NCBI GenBank assembly: GCA_034669905.1
Contig: JAXMOL010000008.1
Location: 32,001 to 96,000, forward strand
DNA: 64,000 nt
Direction of reading: 5' to 3'
Origin: Candidatus Hydrogenedentota bacterium
GTDB taxonomy: Bacteria; Hydrogenedentota; Hydrogenedentia; Hydrogenedentales; JAEUWI01
Position numbers and translations under genes: made by a program
The notes under the pieces: generated by a model
What the model was told of the DNA's origin: nothing
The model's database searches: none
Seen by the model: only the letters and a program-made list of their open reading frames with translations
Shown here: positions 58,631 to 64,000 of the stretch, in pieces
Position numbering within the stretch: the stretch's first letter is position 1
Layout: each line of letters begins with the position of its first letter

Positions 58631-59653
58631 ATGAAACGAACTGGCTTTACCCTGATTGAACTGCTCGTGGTGATTGCGATTATTGGTATTCTGGCGGCCA
58701 TCCTCTTACCCGCACTCGCCCGCGCCCGTGAGGCCGCACGCCGGGCCAGTTGTCAGAATAACCTGAAGCAACTCGGCCTGGTGGCGAAGATGTACTCCAA
58801 TGAGAGCCAGGGCAACCTCTATCCCAATCCCCAGGGCAACGAGTTTGGCGGGCTGGACTGTGGGACCGGGGGATCAAACGATAGCTTCACCTTCGACAGC
58901 CCCTACTCTGCGGCGGCCTTTTTCATGCGCATGAGTGAAATCTATCCAGAATACCTGACGGATCAGCAAGTCATCTATTGCCCGTCCGACCAGGAAGCGA
59001 ATGTATTAAACAATCCGGCGACCGGCGAGCCGTGGGCCCACCTGCCCTGCTCCGACAATGACTATGGTGTCGGCAAGTCGGATATTAGCTATGCCTACAC
59101 CGCGTGGGTCTATGACGATATCGACGAAGAGATTATGTCCGTAAGTTTCCTCAACCCGGATATCCCCGCGGATTGGCTGGCGGCCCCTCAGGTTGTGGGT
59201 TATCTGGTCGTATTGCTGGTGGCGGCACCGGCCCGCAATGTCACCGAAGCGGGCGGCGATCCGGAAACCGCGGTACGCATTCAGTTTGAACACACGCAGG
59301 AAGACATTGACTTTGGAGACTACATTCCCTATGACTCCACGGGTGGCATCAACGCGGCTATCACGGCCAACGGTGGTCCCATCGGGAACGGCGGCAGCAA
59401 CACGATGTATCGCCTGCGTGAAGGGATTGAGCGCTTTCTGATCACGGATATCAACAATCCGGCCGGATCGGCCGCCGCGCAGAGCGAGGTACCTATTCTG
59501 TATGACCAGCTCAGTGGCTCGACCATTGCGTATTACAACCACATCCCCGGTGGCAGCAATGTCTTGTTTATGGATGGGCACGTCGAATTCCAGAAACAGG
59601 GTTCGGGTGGCGTGACCTCCCGTGGATTCGCGGCGGCAGCTTCGATTCCCTGA
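58631..59653 (+). CDS. DUF1559 prepilin-type protein with H-X9-DG motif
   Basis: [62 protein letters not shown]. Confidence 0.93.
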   Translation: MKRTGFTLIELLVVIAIIGILAAILLPALARAREAARRASCQNNLKQLGLVAKMYSNESQGNLYPNPQGNEFGGLDCGTGGSNDSFTFDSPYSAAAFFMRMSEIYPEYLTDQQVIYCPSDQEANVLNNPATGEPWAHLPCSDNDYGVGKSDISYAYTAWVYDDIDEEIMSVSFLNPDIPADWLAAPQVVGYLVVLLVAAPARNVTEAGGDPETAVRIQFEHTQEDIDFGDYIPYDSTGGINAAITANGGPIGNGGSNTMYRLREGIERFLITDINNPAGSAAAQSEVPILYDQLSGSTIAYYNHIPGGSNVLFMDGHVEFQKQGSGGVTSRGFAAAASIP

Positions 59654-59677
59654 CCCCTCTTTCGCATCAGCCCCCCC

Positions 59678-59720
59678 GCGCGCCCCGGAGTTTTCGCACC
59701 CTCCGGGGCGCGCCCCTTTT
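59678..59720 (+). terminator. Rho-independent terminator
   Basis: gcgcgccccggag...ctccggggcgcgc-ccctttt. Confidence 0.7.
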
Positions 59721-59936
59721 GATGCGTGCCATTGATTCCGGAATCGAGAGAGAACTCCCTGACCTGGATCGGGGCAAAACACGGCATTTCGCGGGATACG
59801 CGGGGTTGGCAGTCCAGCACGCTTTGCGTTATGCTAGGAAACGAAGTACTTCTGAAAGAAACCACAAACTCGGGGCGATGGGGCGCTTCACGCCCCGACC
59901 GACCCCTTCCGCCTGGCGGGAAATTGGGTGTAGTAC

Positions 59937-62846
59937 ATGTATCGACCAATACTTCTTGGTGCTGCGGGATTGATTCTATCGTGCGGTGCACCAATTGTCA
60001 GCGCACAGGAGCAGGACCCGGCCACCTTCTTTACGGACCGGGTAAAGCCTATCCTGGAGCAAAACTGCTTCAAGTGCCATGGCGGCCGCCCTGCGGTCAA
60101 GGGCGAGTTTCGGATTACCAGCCAGGCGGGGGTCCTTCGGGACACCACCCGAGGGCCCGGAGTTGACCGGGAGAATCCGGAAGCGAGCGCCATCCTTCAG
60201 ATGATCAGCTACAAGGATGCGCAGCACGAGATGCCGCCTTCCGGAAAGCTGGCCCAGGCCGACATTGACACGCTGACCCAATGGGTCACGATGGGCGCGC
60301 CCTGGGCACCGGAGGGCGTCGACTTTGGCGTGGAGCCCGAGGTGGAACACCACACTGGCCCCGATGGCAGAGATCACTGGGCCTATCAACCCCTGACCCG
60401 TCCCGAGGTGCCCGCCACCTCCGATCCCGCCTGGGTCCAGAACCCCATCGACGCCTTTATCCGCCATGGATTGGATGAAGCGGGCTTTACCCCGGCCGAG
60501 CCCGCCTCTCGCCGTGCCATGATTCGCCGCCTCTATTATGATCTTACGGGCCTCCCCCCCGCGCCTGAAGCGGTGGAAGCCTATATACACGACGAGCGTC
60601 CCGACGCCTATGAGCGCCTGGTCGAGGAATTGCTGGCCAGTCCCCAATATGGCGAACGCTGGGCACGTCACTGGCTCGACGTGGTGGGCTATGCCGAGAC
60701 CCATGGCTTTGAACGGGATGCCACCAAGCCCTTCATGTGGCGGTATCGGGACTATGTCATCGACGCCTTTAATAAGGACAAGCCCTACGATCAATTTATT
60801 CGCGAACAGATCGCGGGCGACGAGCTCCCCGATGCGGGACCGGAACAGCTGATTGCTACGGGACTGTATCGCCTGGCCATCTGGGATGACGAGCCGGCCG
60901 ACAAATTGCTCGGCCGTTATGACGAATTGGATGGTATGGTCCAGACGATCAGTGCGACCTTCCTTGGCAGCACCCTCGGCTGTGCGCGGTGTCACGATCA
61001 CAAGATTGACCCCTTTCCCGCGGCGGACTACTACAGCATGGTGGCCTTTCTTCAGGGGGTGAAATCCACCCAGCGCCAATCCGAACTGACTCCGGTGATG
61101 AACGCGGAAGAACAGGCGGCCTATGATGCGGGTGTGGCGAAGAAAAACGCCGAGATCGCCGCACTGAATGACCGCCTCTATCAGGTGGAGCAGAATTTCC
61201 TCACGGCGCTGAATGAGAAGCGGGGCGCTGATAAAGCCCCCTTCCTGCGCAGTGATCTGGTTGACCTGAAGTATCGCTTCTATCGCGACACCTGGGAAGC
61301 CCTTCCTGCCTTCGACACGCTGCGTCCCGAGACCGAGGGCGCCCTCAAACACAACTTCGTTACCCTGGCCGCCGCCAGCCGTGAAGACGCTATGGGATTG
61401 GTGTTTGAAGGACGCCTGCGGGTTACGGATGAAGGGGAACACACCTTCTCGGTTACGGCCAAAGATGGGCTCCGCCTCACGGTCGGGGGTAAGGTCATCC
61501 ACGAGGTTGTGGGCACGGGGGTGCACACCGCTACGGTCAGCACCCGACTCTGGCCGGGGCATCATGATTTCCGTGTGGACTACTTCAACACCTACGACGC
61601 CCCGAAATTGGACCTGAGCTGGTCGGGCCCCTCCTTTACGGCACGCCCTCTTTCCATCGGCACGGCAGAAGCCAACACCCCGGACGTGGCCAAGCTCCTG
61701 GCAGAGCGCGGTGGCGAAGTCCTCTCCAAGGAAGAGCGTGTCGCGTATGAAAAACTCCAGAAAGACCTGAAGGCCACCCAGAATCGCCATGTACCCGGTG
61801 TATGGGCCACAACCGTCACGTCCACGGGCCCCAAGGTTCCGGAGAGCCACATTCTCCTGCGGGGCAACCCCCACGTGGAAGGCGACGTCGTCCAGCCGGA
61901 CTTCCCCGCCATCTTGCGCACGGCCTCGGCGGTGATTCCTGCCGTGGATGAATCGGCCAAGAGTCCGGGACGACGAAAGGTATTGGCGGACTGGCTCGCC
62001 CGTGGCGACAACCCCTTGACCGCCCGGGTCATGGTCAACCGCATCTGGCAGTATCATTTTGGCCGGGGCATCGTGCGGACCTCCAACGACTTTGGCACCA
62101 TGGGCGAAGCGCCGACGCACCCTGAGTTGCTGGACTGGCTTGCGAGCGAATTCGTCTCCCAGGGCTGGTCCATCAAGGCCATGCACCGAATGATCTTGCA
62201 TTCCAACACCTACCGCATGTCTTCCAAGGGCAATCCGGAGGCCCTGGCGAAGGATCCGGCGAACAACCGTTTCTGGCGCTTTAACATTCGGCGGTTGGAA
62301 GCGGAGGAAATCCGCGATTCCATGCTGGCCGTCAATCAAAGCCTGAACCTGGAGATGGGTGGCCCCCATGTTTATCCACCCATGCCTGAAGCGGTGCTGG
62401 CCACCTCGTCCACGCCGGACAAGGTGTGGGGCAAATCGCCGAAGAAAGATCACACCCGTCGGAGCATCTACACCCACGTGAAACGTTCGCTGAAGGACCC
62501 GCTGCTGGCGGACTTTGATATGGCGGACACGGAGTCGAACTGTGCGGTGCGTTTTTCGACGACCCAGCCGACCCAGGCCCTGAATCTGTTGAACAGCGAT
62601 TTCGTCAATACCCAGGCCGAGACCCTGGCGAAACAGGTCAATGCGGAACATCCGGCAAACCTGCAAACCAAAGTCTGGCTCGTGTTGAACAAGGTGACCC
62701 AACGGACGCCGAATAACGATGAGGTCGATCAGGGACTCACCATGATGCAGGAAATGCAGGATAGCTTTGGCTATGACGAAGAACTGGCCTTCGAGCGTTT
62801 CTGCCTGCTGGCACTGAACCTCAACGAATTCCTCTATATTGACTGA
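59937..62846 (+). CDS. Planctomycete cytochrome c / DUF1549 / PA14 / DUF1553 (PSD1) protein
   Basis: CFKCH, NPIDAFI, YGERWARHWLD, CARCHDHK, VNRIWQYHFGRG, PTHPELLDWLA. Confidence 0.93.
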   Translation: MYRPILLGAAGLILSCGAPIVSAQEQDPATFFTDRVKPILEQNCFKCHGGRPAVKGEFRITSQAGVLRDTTRGPGVDRENPEASAILQMISYKDAQHEMPPSGKLAQADIDTLTQWVTMGAPWAPEGVDFGVEPEVEHHTGPDGRDHWAYQPLTRPEVPATSDPAWVQNPIDAFIRHGLDEAGFTPAEPASRRAMIRRLYYDLTGLPPAPEAVEAYIHDERPDAYERLVEELLASPQYGERWARHWLDVVGYAETHGFERDATKPFMWRYRDYVIDAFNKDKPYDQFIREQIAGDELPDAGPEQLIATGLYRLAIWDDEPADKLLGRYDELDGMVQTISATFLGSTLGCARCHDHKIDPFPAADYYSMVAFLQGVKSTQRQSELTPVMNAEEQAAYDAGVAKKNAEIAALNDRLYQVEQNFLTALNEKRGADKAPFLRSDLVDLKYRFYRDTWEALPAFDTLRPETEGALKHNFVTLAAASREDAMGLVFEGRLRVTDEGEHTFSVTAKDGLRLTVGGKVIHEVVGTGVHTATVSTRLWPGHHDFRVDYFNTYDAPKLDLSWSGPSFTARPLSIGTAEANTPDVAKLLAERGGEVLSKEERVAYEKLQKDLKATQNRHVPGVWATTVTSTGPKVPESHILLRGNPHVEGDVVQPDFPAILRTASAVIPAVDESAKSPGRRKVLADWLARGDNPLTARVMVNRIWQYHFGRGIVRTSNDFGTMGEAPTHPELLDWLASEFVSQGWSIKAMHRMILHSNTYRMSSKGNPEALAKDPANNRFWRFNIRRLEAEEIRDSMLAVNQSLNLEMGGPHVYPPMPEAVLATSSTPDKVWGKSPKKDHTRRSIYTHVKRSLKDPLLADFDMADTESNCAVRFSTTQPTQALNLLNSDFVNTQAETLAKQVNAEHPANLQTKVWLVLNKVTQRTPNNDEVDQGLTMMQEMQDSFGYDEELAFERFCLLALNLNEFLYID

Positions 62847-62955
62847 CGGTGTTGTGCTACCTGGTCGGGCTACGTGCCCGAACTTCCACCACCGCATGTG
62901 AGATAATACACAACACGCTGTCGATGCGATAGCGAGAACAATCTGGAGTACAATC

Positions 62956-64000
62956 ATGGCCGAAAAAAGACCTCGGGGTTCCTTCTGCGGACAGACCCGA
63001 CGCGAATTCCTGACCACCATGGGCGGCGGCTTTACTTCCCTGGCACTAACCGGCATGTTGGCGGGCGACGGCTTTCTGGGCAGCCAGGCCGTGGCTGCCG
63101 ACGGGGTTTCGGCCTTTCAGAACCCCCTCGCGGCGCGGGCAGCCATGGCGGCACCCAAAGCCAAGAGTGTCATCTTCCTCTTCATGTATGGCGGTCCGAG
63201 CCACGTCGACACCTTCGACTACAAGCCCGAGCTTTATAAGCTCGACGGCAAGACCATTCAGGTCAAGACGGCGGGCCGGGGCGGCAAGAAAAACGAAGGG
63301 CGTATCGTAGGGCCCAAGTGGCGCTTCAAGCAACACGGCGAGTCCGGTGCCTGGGTGTCGGAACTCTTCCCCCACCTCTCCACCTGTGTCGACGACATCA
63401 CCTTCCTGAAATCCATGACGGCCGAATCCCCTATTCACGGCTCGGCGATGCTCATGATGAATTCGGGGCGTATCCTCAGTGGCAATCCCTCCATGGGTTC
63501 CTGGGTGAACTATGGCCTGGGCTCCATGAACGAGAATCTCCCGGGTTACGTGGTCATGCTCGACAAGACCGGCGGCCCTATCAGTGGCGCGCAGAATTGG
63601 AGCAGCGGCTTCATGCCCGCCAACTATGAGGCGACGGTCTTCCGTCCCCAGGGCGACCCCATCCTCAACCTTTCCAATGACCGGGGCATGTCTCGGGACG
63701 AACAACGCACGCTGTTGAAGCATCTGAACCACTTCAACAATCAGCATCTGGCCGATCGTGTCGACAACTCCGATCTGGCGGCCCGTATCGCGAGTTATGA
63801 GCTGGCCTATAACATGCAGGTCACGGCACCGGAAGCGGTGGAATTGCACCAGGAGCCGGAGCATGTGAAACGCCTCTATGGCATGGACCACGAACGGACC
63901 GAAGACTTTGGCCGCAAGTGCCTGCTGGCCCGCCGCCTGGTCGAGCGGGGCGTGCGCTTTGTGCAGCTCTATTCGGGGGGTGCCCACAACGACGACAACT
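62956..64000 (+). CDS. DUF1501 family protein (partial, runs off window end)
   Basis: Manual translation: MAEKRPRGSFCGQTRREFL...KAKSVIFLFMYGGPSHVDTFDYKP...CLLARRLVERGVRFVQ. Confidence 0.92.
   Translation, partial: MAEKRPRGSFCGQTRREFLTTMGGGFTSLALTGMLAGDGFLGSQAVAADGVSAFQNPLAARAAMAAPKAKSVIFLFMYGGPSHVDTFDYKPELYKLDGKTIQVKTAGRGGKKNEGRIVGPKWRFKQHGESGAWVSELFPHLSTCVDDITFLKSMTAESPIHGSAMLMMNSGRILSGNPSMGSWVNYGLGSMNENLPGYVVMLDKTGGPISGAQNWSSGFMPANYEATVFRPQGDPILNLSNDRGMSRDEQRTLLKHLNHFNNQHLADRVDNSDLAARIASYELAYNMQVTAPEAVELHQEPEHVKRLYGMDHERTEDFGRKCLLARRLVERGVRFVQLYSGGAHNDDN

Noticed and set aside
59976..63056. 1026-aa minus-strand ORF (likewise 2993..4771, 28154..29455, 43469..44848, 50064..51893, 55518..57056)
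   Set aside because: Antisense shadows of well-supported genes; expected from GC-rich codon bias and carrying no motifs

Overview
GC-rich bacterial chromosomal window with about 48 protein-coding genes. I saw no rRNA, tRNA, CRISPR array, transposase or integrase. The gene content (DUF1559 pilin-like protein with H-X9-DG motif, PSD1/DUF1549-DUF1553 plus DUF1501 pair, Tat-exported Gfo/Idh/MocA and sugar-phosphate isomerases, dockerin and PEP-CTERM proteins) suggests a Hydrogenedentota/PVC-like organism, which is an inference. Recognisable genes are recG (partial), ada and pdxH. Most notable: (i) a CHASE4 kinase and sigma-54 activator followed by a -24/-12 promoter and two tandem, diverged copies of a PilV-PilW-PilX-TPR minor-pilin cassette; (ii) a cassette-like array of two low-GC secreted paralogs, each preceded by a 122-bp repeat (119/122 identical) that belongs to a dispersed REP/MITE-like family, with a related hairpin apparently in frame inside a gene; (iii) an orphan coiled-coil protein with a pore-former-like hydrophobic hairpin, divergent from a PEP-CTERM gene that has a sigma-54 promoter and a perfect 22-bp palindrome upstream; (iv) an ~1800-aa BACON/TSP3/Vps62-like/dockerin surface protein; (v) paired heptamer tandem arrays growing from two convergent stop codons. 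All family calls come from motif recognition, not database searches.
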